The notes under the pieces are model-generated. The model was given only the letters and a program-made list of their open reading frames with translations, was not told where the DNA came from and did no database searches. Shown one piece after another: positions 1-11,194 of a stretch of 64,000 nt of DNA. The stretch spans positions 18,199-82,198 of the forward strand of contig HF987965.1 in the NCBI GenBank assembly GCA_000431835.1, read 5' to 3'. Source of the DNA: Succinatimonas sp. CAG:777 (GTDB lineage Bacteria > Pseudomonadota > Gammaproteobacteria > Enterobacterales > Succinivibrionaceae). Both the position numbers and the translations under genes were made by a program. Each line of letters opens with the position of its first letter. Position 1 is the stretch's first letter.

Positions 1-783
1 AATGATGTCACGACGTGTAGTGGTATTAGTGCAAGTCATGCCATCAATACCCAAATCCAGGCAGACCTGACAAATACTCTCAATAGCTTCGTCAGATAAA
101 TCTGGACCGATTTTTACAACAAGAGGAACGTACTTGTTAAACTTGTCTTTTAACTCAGCCTGTCCTTTCTTTAAGGGCTCTAGAAGCTTAATTAAAGGCT
201 CACGAGCCTGCAACTTAGTTAAATCATGGGTGTTAGGACAGGATACGTTGACTGCGATATAGTCAGCGTACCGATAAACCTTATCCATGCAGATTAAGTA
301 ATCGTCAACAGCTTTTTCAATTGGAGTAGTCTCGTTCTTGCCGATACTTACACCTAAAACGCCGTCATAAGTGCGCTTTTTTAAATTCTCAACTAAATAA
401 TCCACTCCAAGATTATTAAAGCCCATGCGATTGATAATACCCTGAGCCCCTTTGATTCTGAACATTCTTGGTTTTGGATTTCCAGGCTGTTCTTTAGGAG
501 TTACAGTACCTACCTCAATATGACCAAAGCCTAGAGCTCCAAAGAAATCAATGGCATCACCATTCTTATCAAGCCCTGCAGCAAGACCTACAGGATTTTT
601 AAACTGTAATCCCATCATCTGTACAGGACGGAAAGCTACAGTCTGAGAGAAAAGAGTTTTCCATGGATTCTTTGACATGAATTTAGCACTATTGATAATC
701 ACACCATGAGCTGTTTCTGCATCTAGTAAAAACAGAAGTGGTCTTATAAAAGTTGGATACAGGCTATAAGGGATCAATTGCAT
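1..783 (-). CDS. pyrD: dihydroorotate dehydrogenase (quinone), partial; C-terminus lies beyond the window start
   Basis: Reverse-strand translation from the ATG (complement of 781-783) gives [41 protein letters not shown]...[10 protein letters not shown]..., a close match to E. coli PyrD. Adjacency to pepN as in E. coli. Confidence 0.85.
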   Translation of the reverse strand, partial: MQLIPYSLYPTFIRPLLFLLDAETAHGVIINSAKFMSKNPWKTLFSQTVAFRPVQMMGLQFKNPVGLAAGLDKNGDAIDFFGALGFGHIEVGTVTPKEQPGNPKPRMFRIKGAQGIINRMGFNNLGVDYLVENLKKRTYDGVLGVSIGKNETTPIEKAVDDYLICMDKVYRYADYIAVNVSCPNTHDLTKLQAREPLIKLLEPLKKGQAELKDKFNKYVPLVVKIGPDLSDEAIESICQVCLDLGIDGMTCTNTTTRRDII

Positions 784-896
784 TTTCTTTCTCTAATTTT
801 GCTTACAGTAAATTTGCTTTGTAAAACTATGTTCTTAAAATTTTTGTCTGTAAATCTTGAATCTGTTTACTTAGACCGTGATTTTAAGGATTAGTT

Positions 897-1127
897 CTAA
901 TTTAATCTTTGTATTTTTACAAACTTGTTTTCCTGAGTGGTAAGTAGCTCAAAGATGCCATGAATACCATCCTCAGAAGTGAACTCTTTTAGATGGTTAG
1001 CATCAAGATCAACAACCATACCCTCATCTGTTCTGACACGGATCCTCTTTACGGCCCCCTGATAAACAGACAGGAGAGTATCCCTGTCAATTGACAGGGA
1101 AAATCTGTAATGTTTATATCCGTACAT
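897..1127 (-). CDS. small conserved hypothetical protein (76 aa) between pyrD and pepN
   Basis: Intact ORF in a tight gene arrangement. No family assigned from the sequence alone. Confidence 0.4.
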   Translation of the reverse strand: MYGYKHYRFSLSIDRDTLLSVYQGAVKRIRVRTDEGMVVDLDANHLKEFTSEDGIHGIFELLTTQENKFVKIQRLN

Positions 1128-1153
1128 TACTTTATTACTCTTTCAATCAACAA

Positions 1154-3793
1154 CTACTTTACGACTTTTAAAGCAGACTCTACCTTCTCGTAAATAGATC
1201 TTGAGATTGAAGGGAGCTTCATTAACTTCTCAAGACGTTCACGGATCATCTGCTGACGTTTATCATCAAGTCTTCTAAAGCTTAACAATGGGGTTAATAT
1301 TCTTGCAGCAACACTTGGGTTAATGCTGTTTAATCTCTGAACTTCAGAGCATAAAAGATCATAACCACGACCGGATAAATCGTTTAGTGCTACAGGATTT
1401 GACAAAGCCAAAGCACCTGGCAGAGCTCTTACTCTGTTAGGGTTGTTGCCATCATATGAAGGATGTTTCTTTAACTCATTAACATTATCCACAGCTGATA
1501 CATCAGGTACTGTAGCTTGTACTCTAAAGTAATTATCAAAGGCTAGTGCATTCTTTGAGTAATCTTTTTCAAAGCTCTTTAAGAGCTCTTCTTTACACTT
1601 TAGATTTAAGTAAACAGCATCAGTTAAAGCCTGTAACTTGTCAGTCATGTTAGCTGAACCTGTATAGTGTCTTAGAACTAAAGCTGATGCTACATCAGAC
1701 TTAGCGGTTGCAACATAAGCTACTGACAGCATATGTAAAGCGCTGTTGCTGATGGCACGGCGTGACATATCAATTACAGAGTACATATCAGACTGTGCTT
1801 TAATTCTGCCGTAAATCTCATAGAACTCTTTTTCTAAGGCAACAGCAACTCTCTGCTCTAATTCGTTGTGTAATCTTGCAATTGCATCAATGTCGATGTT
1901 GTCTTCAAAGGTTTCCATTAAAGATGCTACAGACATGATCTTTAAGGTCTCATTCAGTAACAAAAGATCAGTCTTTTTATCAACAGACTTTAACAGAGCT
2001 TTATATGACTCAATTAACTCTACAGGATCTTTTAGAGTACCGCCCTGTTCTAAAAGCTTAATGTTTTCATGAACATAACGCTTCTGCATGGTCTGTGCAC
2101 TGTCAACCTTAATAAAAGCATCATCACAGAATGACAGCATGTGCTGTAATTCCTCGGTTGTGTATGGAGCATCAAGTTTAACTGGTGCTGAGAAGTCACG
2201 TAATATTACTGGTAAGGTACCTTTATCTAAGGTAAATGAGTAAGTCTGTGACTCTTCTTTTAGAACTATAATACCAGAAGCTGGTAGCTCTGAAGGATGC
2301 ACATCATGGCCTTCTTCATCTAAGAAGCTGATCCTGATTGGCATATAGAATGGCAGTTTCTCTTTCTGGTCACGTGTAGGCTTGGTCTTTTGAGATAGAG
2401 TTAAGTTTAAGGTTCTGTTTGCCTCATCATAGGTCCATGAAGCTGTTACATTTGGAGTACCAGCCTGTGTATACCAGCGACGGAACTGAGTTAAATCAAT
2501 CTCGCCTGCCTCTTCCATACAGGACAGGAAGTCCTCAATTGTTACTGCCTGACCGTCAAATCTGGTCAGATACAGATTTAAAGCTTTTTTGAACCTGATT
2601 TCACCTATCAGAGTGTGGATCATGCGGATAACTTCAGCACCTTTATCGTAAATAGTTACGGTGTAGAAGTTGTTCATCTCCATTACCTCTTCAGGTCTTA
2701 CTGGGTGAGCCATAGGAGATGCATCCTCAGCAAACTGAGGTCCACGGATTACGTTAATTGCATGAAGTCTGGTTAAAGCACGACTTGCAACATCTGAGCT
2801 GAATTCCTGATCTCGGAATACAGTTAAACTCTCTTTTAGAGATAACTGGAACCAGTCTCTTAAAGTTACTCTGTCGCCAGTATAGTTATGGAAATACTCA
2901 TGTCCGATTACGCTTTGAACATTATAGAAAGCAGTATCAGTAGCTGTCTGTGGATCAACCATTACATAGATTGAGTTAAAGACATTAAGGCTCTTGTTTT
3001 CCATAGCACCGAAGTTGAAGAAATCAACAGCTACAACTTTGAAGTTATCAAGATCATACTCAAGCCCCCAGCGAGTTTCATCCCACTTCATGGAATCCTT
3101 AATACTCTGCATTGCCCACAGACCTCTATCATAGGCGCCTCTGTCAACATAAAGCTGCAGTGAAACATTACGTCCTGACTTAGTAGTAAAGGTATCAGTT
3201 ACGATATCAAAGGTACCTGCTACTAATGCAAACAGATATGATGGCTTTGGGAAAGGATCTTCCCAAACAGCATAAGCTCTACCCTTTTTAGTACCTTCAT
3301 CAATGAGGTTACCATTAGATAAAAGCACGCCACAGCCATACTCAGGTCCGATGATGGTTACCTTGTACTTTGCTAAAACATCAGATCTGTCTAAAAAGTA
3401 AGTAATGCATCTAAATCCCTGTGGCTCACATTGTGTGCAGAAGGCTCCGTTTGACTTGTATAAGCCCATTAAAGAAGTATTAGCAGTTGGATTTATTACA
3501 TTCTCAATTACAAGTTCAAACTCATCTGGAACATTTGCAATCTCAAGCTTGTCTTTGACAATCTTATACTTACAAGGAATGCCATCTAACTTAACAGACA
3601 GAAGCTTTAAATTCTCACCATCTAAGACTAAAGGAGCCTTTTGATCATTAGTTAATCTTCTATACTTAGCAACAGTTGTTACCTTGGTAGCTTCATCGTC
3701 AAGTTCAAAGGTAAGATCAATATGGCTTGAGGTAAAGTCTGGTGCTTTATAATCAGTACGTTTCTGTGCCTTATAGGTATTGTTCTTTTCCAT
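1154..3793 (-). CDS. pepN: aminopeptidase N (M1 family, 879 aa)
   Basis: HEYFHNYTG zinc-binding motif (HExxH) followed by a downstream E. Length and overall similarity match E. coli PepN. Confidence 0.95.
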   Translation of the reverse strand: MEKNNTYKAQKRTDYKAPDFTSSHIDLTFELDDEATKVTTVAKYRRLTNDQKAPLVLDGENLKLLSVKLDGIPCKYKIVKDKLEIANVPDEFELVIENVINPTANTSLMGLYKSNGAFCTQCEPQGFRCITYFLDRSDVLAKYKVTIIGPEYGCGVLLSNGNLIDEGTKKGRAYAVWEDPFPKPSYLFALVAGTFDIVTDTFTTKSGRNVSLQLYVDRGAYDRGLWAMQSIKDSMKWDETRWGLEYDLDNFKVVAVDFFNFGAMENKSLNVFNSIYVMVDPQTATDTAFYNVQSVIGHEYFHNYTGDRVTLRDWFQLSLKESLTVFRDQEFSSDVASRALTRLHAINVIRGPQFAEDASPMAHPVRPEEVMEMNNFYTVTIYDKGAEVIRMIHTLIGEIRFKKALNLYLTRFDGQAVTIEDFLSCMEEAGEIDLTQFRRWYTQAGTPNVTASWTYDEANRTLNLTLSQKTKPTRDQKEKLPFYMPIRISFLDEEGHDVHPSELPASGIIVLKEESQTYSFTLDKGTLPVILRDFSAPVKLDAPYTTEELQHMLSFCDDAFIKVDSAQTMQKRYVHENIKLLEQGGTLKDPVELIESYKALLKSVDKKTDLLLLNETLKIMSVASLMETFEDNIDIDAIARLHNELEQRVAVALEKEFYEIYGRIKAQSDMYSVIDMSRRAISNSALHMLSVAYVATAKSDVASALVLRHYTGSANMTDKLQALTDAVYLNLKCKEELLKSFEKDYSKNALAFDNYFRVQATVPDVSAVDNVNELKKHPSYDGNNPNRVRALPGALALSNPVALNDLSGRGYDLLCSEVQRLNSINPSVAARILTPLLSFRRLDDKRQQMIRERLEKLMKLPSISRSIYEKVESALKVVK

Positions 3794-3812
3794 GATATTT
3801 CCTTGCTTTCAC

Positions 3813-3842
3813 AAAAAAGCCTGGAATTTTCCAGGCTTTTTT
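3813..3842. terminator. bidirectional rho-independent terminator between prc (3' end) and pepN (5' end)
   Basis: Hairpin aagcctgg-aatttt-ccaggctt, flanked by an A-run on one side and a T-run on the other. Confidence 0.6.
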
Positions 3843-3844
3843 AA

Positions 3845-5917
3845 CTAATTATCTTTTTCTGCCTGATATTGCAGTAGCAATGGCTTTTCTTCGACTTCAT
3901 GAGCACCTGCTTTGTTGAGCATATCTGAGTAGTCGGAGGTAATATTTACTGTTTCCTGTAAAATCGGATCGTCATACTCAAAGTCGTCAGGCAAATCTTT
4001 TACAGACTTAACTTCTTTCTTATGCATTGCCTTAAGTCTGATATTGGTGTTCTTTAAGGTGATCTTCTCATCTTCATCGAACATTTTCTTACGCTCTTCA
4101 AAATTCAAGGTAAGAGTCTTGCTGTTCTTTAATTTATAGTAACGCTCTCTTTCAGACTGAATTACCTTAAAGACAGGATCAGTGCTGATTCTCTTTTCAT
4201 GCAGTGCCATCAGATCTTTAACAAAGAAGCTTGGATCTGAGTACTTCTGATATTTAGAAGGAGCAATCTTATCCCAATTTAAAGCATTAGGTTCAGTCTT
4301 TTCACCAAACTCAGTTACATCAATTAAAGTAGGCATAGCAATATCTGGAGTTACGCCCTTTAGCTGAGTTGAACCACCATTGATTCTGTAGAATTTGGCA
4401 ATAGTGTAGTGAATAGAGCCTAAATCAGCGCCGATGAGATCATAGAGTCTTGTAAGTGGACGAGACTGCTGCACAGTACCCTTACCGTAAGAGGTGTCAC
4501 CTACAATTAAAGCTCTACCATAATCCTGCAAAGCTGCAGCCATAATTTCAGAGCTTGATGCTGACAGTCTGTTGATTAAGACTACCAATGGACCTTTATA
4601 TAACATAGAAGCATCGGTGTCATCATAAGCAGACTCATTGCCGTTAACATCTCGAACTAAAACTACAGGACCATCTTTGATGAAAAGACCTGTAGTATAG
4701 ACAGCCTCAGGTAATAAACCACCACCGTTGTTTCTTAAATCAACGATAATACCGTCTACGTTCTCACTTTCTAACTTTGAAAGCTCGCGTTTTACATTTA
4801 AAGACAAGTCTGTATAGAAGCTAGAAATAGTGATTACGCCAATCTTTCTGCCATCATAAGAGGTATAAACCTTTGATTTTGCCTCTTTATCCTGAAGTCT
4901 AATCTTGTCACGTGTAAGTTCAACATTAAAGGTCTTAGCAGCAGCGCCTTCGCCACGCTCAATTTCAAGTACAACTTTAGTGCCCTTCTTACCTTTAATC
5001 TTTTTAACTACCTCAGTTAATCTCCAGCCAATGATATCCTCAAATTTGCCGTGTTCCTGTTTTACAGCAACGATCTTATCTTTTGGCTTTAACTTCTTTG
5101 ACTTTTCAGCAGGAGAGCCCGGCATAATCTGTACGATTACAGTGTATTCATCCTCTTGGGATAAAACTGCACCGATACCTTCTAGTGACAGGTTCATATC
5201 GTCATTGAAGTTTTCAGACTCCACAGGTCCAAAGTAATTGGTATGAGGATCGATTGCTGCTGCAAATGAATTTTCAAATGCAGAGAAAACATCTTCTGAA
5301 GAGTACTGAGAAATTCTTCTCATCGCTACAATGTAACGATTCTTAATACGTTCAACAGCCTGAGCTTTAGTTTTACCGTTTAAAAGCTGTGTTTCAAACT
5401 CATTTTTAAGCTCTGCCTTCCATAAAGACTTTAAATCATCTTCTGTTTTGGCAAATGGAGCTTTGGTTCTATCAAGAGCAATTGTCTCATTGGTATTTAA
5501 ATCAAGATTTTCAGAGACATTGTCGATCATGAACTTGTATTTCTGATAACGCTTTTTAATGTTTTCGTTATACAGAGAATAAGGATAATCAAGTTCACAC
5601 TTGTTAATACCATTTAAAATGCTCTTAGTATGAGCATAAATAGAATCAACTTCACTTTGTGTATAAAGAGAATGGTTCATATCAAGATAGTTCATGAGTC
5701 TGCCTATGACGTTTTTAGCAAAATCATCATTAACATCAACAATCTTGTAATGAGCTCTTGTGAAGTAATTGTATATTCTAGAACAGGATGTTTCGTGTCT
5801 TTCTTCAGGAGAGAGAACAGGCATCTGTTCTAAAGAAGGAACTGTAAGTTTTGCTTCACTTACAATAGCGTAGCCTACAAGAGCGCAGGCTACAGCTACT
5901 TTTATTATTTTATTCAC
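3845..5917 (-). CDS. prc: tail-specific (C-terminal processing) protease Prc (690 aa)
   Basis: Strong similarity to E. coli Prc throughout, including TNYxxP, LSLEGIGAVL, the PDZ region and the GKGTVQQ S41 active-site region. proQ-prc operon order as in E. coli. Confidence 0.95.
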   Translation of the reverse strand: MNKIIKVAVACALVGYAIVSEAKLTVPSLEQMPVLSPEERHETSCSRIYNYFTRAHYKIVDVNDDFAKNVIGRLMNYLDMNHSLYTQSEVDSIYAHTKSILNGINKCELDYPYSLYNENIKKRYQKYKFMIDNVSENLDLNTNETIALDRTKAPFAKTEDDLKSLWKAELKNEFETQLLNGKTKAQAVERIKNRYIVAMRRISQYSSEDVFSAFENSFAAAIDPHTNYFGPVESENFNDDMNLSLEGIGAVLSQEDEYTVIVQIMPGSPAEKSKKLKPKDKIVAVKQEHGKFEDIIGWRLTEVVKKIKGKKGTKVVLEIERGEGAAAKTFNVELTRDKIRLQDKEAKSKVYTSYDGRKIGVITISSFYTDLSLNVKRELSKLESENVDGIIVDLRNNGGGLLPEAVYTTGLFIKDGPVVLVRDVNGNESAYDDTDASMLYKGPLVVLINRLSASSSEIMAAALQDYGRALIVGDTSYGKGTVQQSRPLTRLYDLIGADLGSIHYTIAKFYRINGGSTQLKGVTPDIAMPTLIDVTEFGEKTEPNALNWDKIAPSKYQKYSDPSFFVKDLMALHEKRISTDPVFKVIQSERERYYKLKNSKTLTLNFEERKKMFDEDEKITLKNTNIRLKAMHKKEVKSVKDLPDDFEYDDPILQETVNITSDYSDMLNKAGAHEVEEKPLLLQYQAEKDN

Positions 5918-5929
5918 TTTAAGTTAGGC

Positions 5930-6616
5930 CTATTTTGCTTTTTTAGGAAGCAGAACTCTCTCAAGTGGAAGATTTACAGTAAGACCTGATTTTAAGGTTA
6001 CATATACAGTGTCTTTCTGAGCATTTTCAGCTACAACACCAAATACGAAACGCTGTTCTGAACTTAGAACTAAAACCTCAGTACCAGCTTTTAAGTCTTC
6101 TACTGTAGGCTTAATGCCATCAACCTTGTTAGGCTTCTTATGGAACTTAGCGCCATTTACAGGCTTCTTAAAATTCTTCTTGTTTACAGGAGATTTCTGA
6201 GGCTTAGATGCTTTACGCTTTGCGTTAATCTCATCGATGCGCTCTTTAGCATAAGTTGCGTGTTCTGCACTTACAGTATCACCACACTCATTACCATCGA
6301 TATCAATTCTTGGAGCACCTTCTTTTACGCTATATAAATACTTCAAGCGAGAAGTATATAAACGTAAAGCGGCTCTTACTTTTGAAATAGATAAACCTTC
6401 AACAGAAGCACACTTCTCTTTTAAATCCTCAAAGATACCAATCTTTAAAGGACGAGCCTCACCGTCTTTTACAAAAGCTTTTGGAAAGGTCTTGTATAAA
6501 AGTTCTAAGGTCTCTTTTACGTGTTCAAAATGAGTGCCTTCTTGAGCCTGAGTTTCAGTCTGCTTCTCAGCGTTTTTATTTAACTCTTGCTCTTTTTTGA
6601 TTTCCTGGGTTTCCAC
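5930..6616 (-). CDS. proQ: RNA chaperone ProQ (228 aa)
   Basis: GEARPLKIGIF...ALRLYTS motif of the ProQ/FinO N-domain. Basic linker and a C-terminal Hfq-like domain. Lies immediately upstream of prc. Confidence 0.9.
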   Translation of the reverse strand: METQEIKKEQELNKNAEKQTETQAQEGTHFEHVKETLELLYKTFPKAFVKDGEARPLKIGIFEDLKEKCASVEGLSISKVRAALRLYTSRLKYLYSVKEGAPRIDIDGNECGDTVSAEHATYAKERIDEINAKRKASKPQKSPVNKKNFKKPVNGAKFHKKPNKVDGIKPTVEDLKAGTEVLVLSSEQRFVFGVVAENAQKDTVYVTLKSGLTVNLPLERVLLPKKAK

Positions 6617-6806
6617 AAGAAACTCCTTAAAATAATTATTTAATAACTTACAATTATGCTCATTTTACAATAAGTTGAATTTTATTGCGAAAAATTTTGT
6701 CTAAAAGATTGTTCTAATGCACTAAAACTAAGACTTATAGCTTGAGTTGCTCAATTTTCTTGTTTTTACCCGCTGATATACAAGCTATTAAAAAAAAGGA
6801 TATAGA

Positions 6807-8650
6807 TCACTTTAGTTTCTTTACCGAAACTGCACAGTTTTTTCCTGAAAATGCTATACCTACAGCATTTACACAGGTAATGTTCTCATCTTCAAAAATA
6901 GTATCTGCATAGTGTTTTTCAAGGATCTGCTCAATAGCTTCATTAGCTTTTTTTGCTCTACTTTCTTTTTCTTTGCAGACTTTAATTTCAATAACACAAG
7001 ATTTAGTACCACCTAGATTATTAAAGGTAATATCTGCATAGCCATCACCTGCTTCATAATTAGAACGGTATTTACCAAGGTTATCTTTACAGTTAGTAAA
7101 GATACCGTTTAAGAATCCGTGGTAGTAATTCTCGTGAGGAGCTTTGGTTGCAGTATCTCTTACAGATACAAATGAACGTAATAGTGATCCTAACTTATCC
7201 TGTACGAAATCAAAATTACCTTCTAATAAGGCATTTGCCATGTTTAAAGCAAGGTTGTCTTTCTTTACAACATTACTAAACCTTGCTTTAATGTTTGAAT
7301 CAAAGCAATCTAAGATTTCTAAATTAGGAATTCTTGCGAAGACATTTTTATTAGTTGAATGGTCTTTAGATAACTCTTCATCATCTGACTTTTCCCAGTC
7401 TAGGGTCAGGTAACCTGTATGTAGGAGTAGTGACCAGAAATCATCAGAGTTATGCTCTGATAAAGTGTCATAGTTCATGGACTCGTTTAAATTAAAACTA
7501 ATTGACTTACCATCAACCAAGTTCTGCATCTTTTGATTGTCATTATCGGTTAAATAGCCTATGTAATCAGACAAAGAGTTATCAGAGGTCGAACCATTCC
7601 AGTAGTTACCTGTTTCAATTTCAGAAAGTTCACCACTTTGCTTAAAATCAAAGTTCTTTCTTACAAATTTAACTACATCCCAAGGACAGAACATCTCTTT
7701 GTCAAAGAACTTGTAGCCGTCATAATGTTCTTTTACTTTCTGAGCATAATCGTCTAACTCATAGTCTTTTAGAAATTGATAGGTTTCTTCTTTTGTAAAG
7801 CCTATGATATCTGTGTATTTCTTTTCTTTATCTGCGACACTGTTTACAGTAAAGTTATTTACACCTGTAAAGAGACTGTTCTTAGCTACCTTTAAGCATC
7901 CTGTGATAATTGTTTTGGTAAGAGCGTTTTTATTTTTTTAAATACCCAAAAAACCTTTCATTAAGGTTACCATTCGTGAATGATAATCTGCTTTAAATTC
8001 CTTATCATCTCCATACAGTTTTGTATTCTGTATGTCATGATATGAAACATTAGCTAAAGGTACATCGTACTCGTCTATAAGCAGTATTGGATACTTTTCG
8101 TACTCTTTATATAGAAAACTTGATAAATGTTTTAAAGAGTTTTTCACTCTCTGAGAGTTATTGATGTCTTCTAGATAATTGATATCTGTAAGCTGTCTTA
8201 AGATAACTTTGTCTGATTCATCAAGTTTATTGCTGTTTAGCAGGTAAGAATATCTTTTGGAAACATCAAAGACAATATCTGCAAACATCTTGTAAGCTTC
8301 TTCAAAGTTATTACCATCAACATCTTTTAAAGTAATATCAATAACAGGATACTGCCCCATGAACTTTGAACAGAACTCTTTGTCTTCTAGTATCTTGGTG
8401 CCTTGAAAGTACTTTTGCTGGAATGAAGTATCAAATGGCTTTTCAGGATCTATTTTTAAGAAAGACTGAACATGGTCATGAGCAGGGGCTTACCAAAACG
8501 TCTTGGTCTTGTAAACAACAGAACTTTGGCTGAATCTGTAAACACAGTCTTGATAAACTCTGTCTTGTCTACAAAGTAACCATTTTCATCTATCAGTTCT
8601 TCAAAACTGGTAGGACTTTCTGGTAAGGCTAAGAATTGTTGTCGCTCATT
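6807..8650 (-). pseudogene. decayed AAA-ATPase-like (PF09820-type) / PD-(D/E)XK nuclease (PF08011-type) gene, broken into at least 4 frame segments
   Basis: Minus-strand translation gives MSDNNS*. Then LPESPTSFEELIDENGYFVDKTEFIKTVF..RPRRFGKPLL in one frame, continuing in another frame into the ORF 7938-8360 (..IDEYDVPL..), and in a third frame (KNKNALTKTIITGCLKVAKNSLFTGVNNF) into ORF 6807-7694. The last segment ends with the ENYYHGFLNG...YRSNYEAGDGYADI...VIEIKV PD-(D/E)XK nuclease motifs. The N-terminal part resembles the second copy at 61786. Confidence 0.6.
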
Positions 8651-8732
8651 TTATTGATCCTGATATTTAGCTTATTTCAATTATAACCTACATTAAAAGA
8701 ATATGCAGAGATTACAAAACGCTCTGAAAGAC

Positions 8733-8764
8733 AATAAAAATGGAGACCTAAGCCTCCATTTTTA
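8733..8764. terminator. rho-independent terminator downstream of degQ (hairpin with flanking A/T runs)
   Basis: Hairpin atggag-acctaagc-ctccat, followed by ttttt on the + strand and preceded by aaaaa. Confidence 0.5.
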
Positions 8765-8841
8765 GATACAGGAAATATTAACCTTTGTGACTGTAGTTAA
8801 GCTTAACTACATCTTAGCTATAGATTAACCTTCAGAGATAA

Positions 8842-10239
8842 TTATCTGATTGTGATAAATAAGGTACCACCGTTACGGTTAATTCTAATTGCTGAAATCT
8901 TGCCTTTAACGTTCTCTAGATTCTTCTTCAAATCTGAGATGGTCTTAATTTCAGCACGGTTTACAGCAGTGATAACGTCACCTTTACGTAAACCAAAGCG
9001 CTGAGCAACAGAGCCTTTAGCTACATCAGTTACCTCTACGCCGCCATCTTTAGCGTTTGCAAATGAAGCGCCTTCAAAAGCAGGAGAAATACTCTTTGAG
9101 TTTGTAGCAGCTACTTCTGACTCTTCAGTGTTCTTACCGATCTTTACAGTAAAGTCTTTGTATGAACCGTCACGGAAGACAGTGATATTAACCTCAGAGC
9201 CTTCACGCATTGTGGCAATTTCAGCTCTTAACTGGGCAAAAGAAGTTACCTTCTTACCGTTTACAGCAGTGATGATATCACCTGATTTGATACCAGCTTT
9301 ATCAGCACCTGAGCCTTTCATAACCTCATTTACGAAAGCACCAGTACTCTGGTTATAACCAAAGCTTTGAGCAAGATCTGCATTTAATTCAGTACCTGAA
9401 ACGCCTAATAAACCACGCTTTACTTCACCGAACTTTAATAACTGTTCAGTTACAGTCTTCACCATATTAGCAGGGATTGCAAAGCCGATACCGATGTTGC
9501 CACCTGATGGAGCCATAATAGCGGTATTAATACCGATTAACTGACCGTTTAAGTTAATTAAAGCACCACCTGAGTTACCTGAGTTAATAGCAGCATCTGT
9601 CTGAATGAAGTTTTCGATGTTTTCAATATTAAGTCCAGTTCTGCCTAAAGCTGAAACGATACCTGAGGTTACAGTCTGACCTAAGCCATATGGGTTACCG
9701 ATTGCTACAGCGAAGTCACCAACTTCAAGACTGTCAGAATCAGCTAAATCGATCTGTGTTAAATTCTTAAACTCTTTTAACTTTAATAAAGCCAAATCGG
9801 TGTGAGCATCTTTACCAACTAACTTTGCGTCAAACTCGCGACCATCTGATAACTGAACCTTGATCTCATCTGCTGAATCGATAACGTGGTTGTTAGTTAC
9901 TACAAGACCTTGTGCTGCATCGATGATTACACCTGAACCTAGGGCACGGAATTCCTGTTGGCGAGGCTGCGATGGACCAAATGCGTCGCCCATACCTGGG
10001 AACATAAATCTAAACTCATCTGGTAATGAGAAGCCCTGAACATCTTTTTTACCCTTTACAGAGATATTAACTACACCAGGTAGTACCTTCTTTAACATAG
10101 GGGCAAGAGATGGCATATCACCTTTTGCCATTAAATCATTGATAATAGGGGCTGCAGCCTGAGCCTGACCTGCTGTAAGCACTGTCATTGATAATGCCAT
10201 TGCAGCTGCTAATGATGCGTTCTTAATCTTGTTTAACAT
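8842..10239 (-). CDS. degQ: periplasmic serine endoprotease DegQ/DegP family (465 aa, trypsin domain plus 2 PDZ)
   Basis: Signal peptide, catalytic triad context (TNNHV, DLALLK, GNSGGAL) and two PDZ domains. Adjacent to zapG(yhcB) as for degQ in E. coli. Confidence 0.85.
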   Translation of the reverse strand: MLNKIKNASLAAAMALSMTVLTAGQAQAAAPIINDLMAKGDMPSLAPMLKKVLPGVVNISVKGKKDVQGFSLPDEFRFMFPGMGDAFGPSQPRQQEFRALGSGVIIDAAQGLVVTNNHVIDSADEIKVQLSDGREFDAKLVGKDAHTDLALLKLKEFKNLTQIDLADSDSLEVGDFAVAIGNPYGLGQTVTSGIVSALGRTGLNIENIENFIQTDAAINSGNSGGALINLNGQLIGINTAIMAPSGGNIGIGFAIPANMVKTVTEQLLKFGEVKRGLLGVSGTELNADLAQSFGYNQSTGAFVNEVMKGSGADKAGIKSGDIITAVNGKKVTSFAQLRAEIATMREGSEVNITVFRDGSYKDFTVKIGKNTEESEVAATNSKSISPAFEGASFANAKDGGVEVTDVAKGSVAQRFGLRKGDVITAVNRAEIKTISDLKKNLENVKGKISAIRINRNGGTLFITIR

Positions 10240-10315
10240 CTTTGTTTGTTACTCCCAAATAAAAGTATCAATTTTTTAAGAATCGTTTTTTAGTACAAGT
10301 TACTAACTTGACTGA

Positions 10316-10843
10316 TTAAACTTTTAACTTTTCTTCTTCGACAACTTCTTCTTTTGTCTCTGTTTCTTCCTCAGAAGGTTTTTCAATATTCTTTTTTACC
10401 TTCACAGGATCTGTAAATTCAGTTTGGATCTCGTTTGGTCTTAATACCTTAGGTGTTGGAATTTCACCTAAGGTACCAGTTACTTCCTTAGTTGTTTCTG
10501 ACTGTTGCCTTTTTGACTCTTGTCTTGTGGTTACACCTTCGTATATACCCTGATTTAAAAATTCGTGACTGTCAGCCTCTTCAGGTGCAATCTTTTGGGC
10601 TGCCTCTTTTAAAAACTGAACATATTGCTGATGGGCTGAATCAATCTCAGAAAACATATCTAAAGAGGTTTTAAAGAACCTGTCTAGAGTACGTTGAGCT
10701 CTAATGGCAGCTCTTTTGGTTTTTAAAAGCTCATCCTTAACTCTTTTGTGTTTGTAGATCTGAGCCATTACTAAAAAACATGTAGCAGCACCGACAATAA
10801 AACCTGCAAAAAAGATTGCTACTAGGAGCGCGTAATTATCCAT
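10316..10843 (-). CDS. zapG: Z-ring associated protein ZapG / YhcB (DUF1043), inner-membrane anchored
   Basis: Start assigned to MDNYALLVAIFFAGFIVGAA, with an AGGTGGGAT RBS. N-terminal TM helix then a coiled-coil, resembling E. coli YhcB. Synteny with degQ and rplM. Confidence 0.7.
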   Translation of the reverse strand: MDNYALLVAIFFAGFIVGAATCFLVMAQIYKHKRVKDELLKTKRAAIRAQRTLDRFFKTSLDMFSEIDSAHQQYVQFLKEAAQKIAPEEADSHEFLNQGIYEGVTTRQESKRQQSETTKEVTGTLGEIPTPKVLRPNEIQTEFTDPVKVKKNIEKPSEEETETKEEVVEEEKLKV

Positions 10844-11194
10844 ATCCCACCTTAAATTCTGCGCAGCTACTCTGCTACTGCGCACTATTGAGAATAAATT
10901 TATTTTCTTAGTTAATACTTAGTTTTTATTTTTTAGCTTCAATAAAAATGGTACATATTGAAATATCAAATAAATTATCATCGAAAATGGCTAATAAAAC
11001 TGCCACAACTTTTTAATTATTTGAGGTTGAACATTACTTTTTTCAAGTTTTTTTACAAAAGGTGATAATTATTGTTGATAATTCTCGTGGAGCATTAGCT
11101 TGAACCTCAAAAGATTGGATAATACATATAAATACGGGCTACATCTTATGACTATGAAAGCTCACTTTAGACATAACTAAAAATAAAGAAAGAG

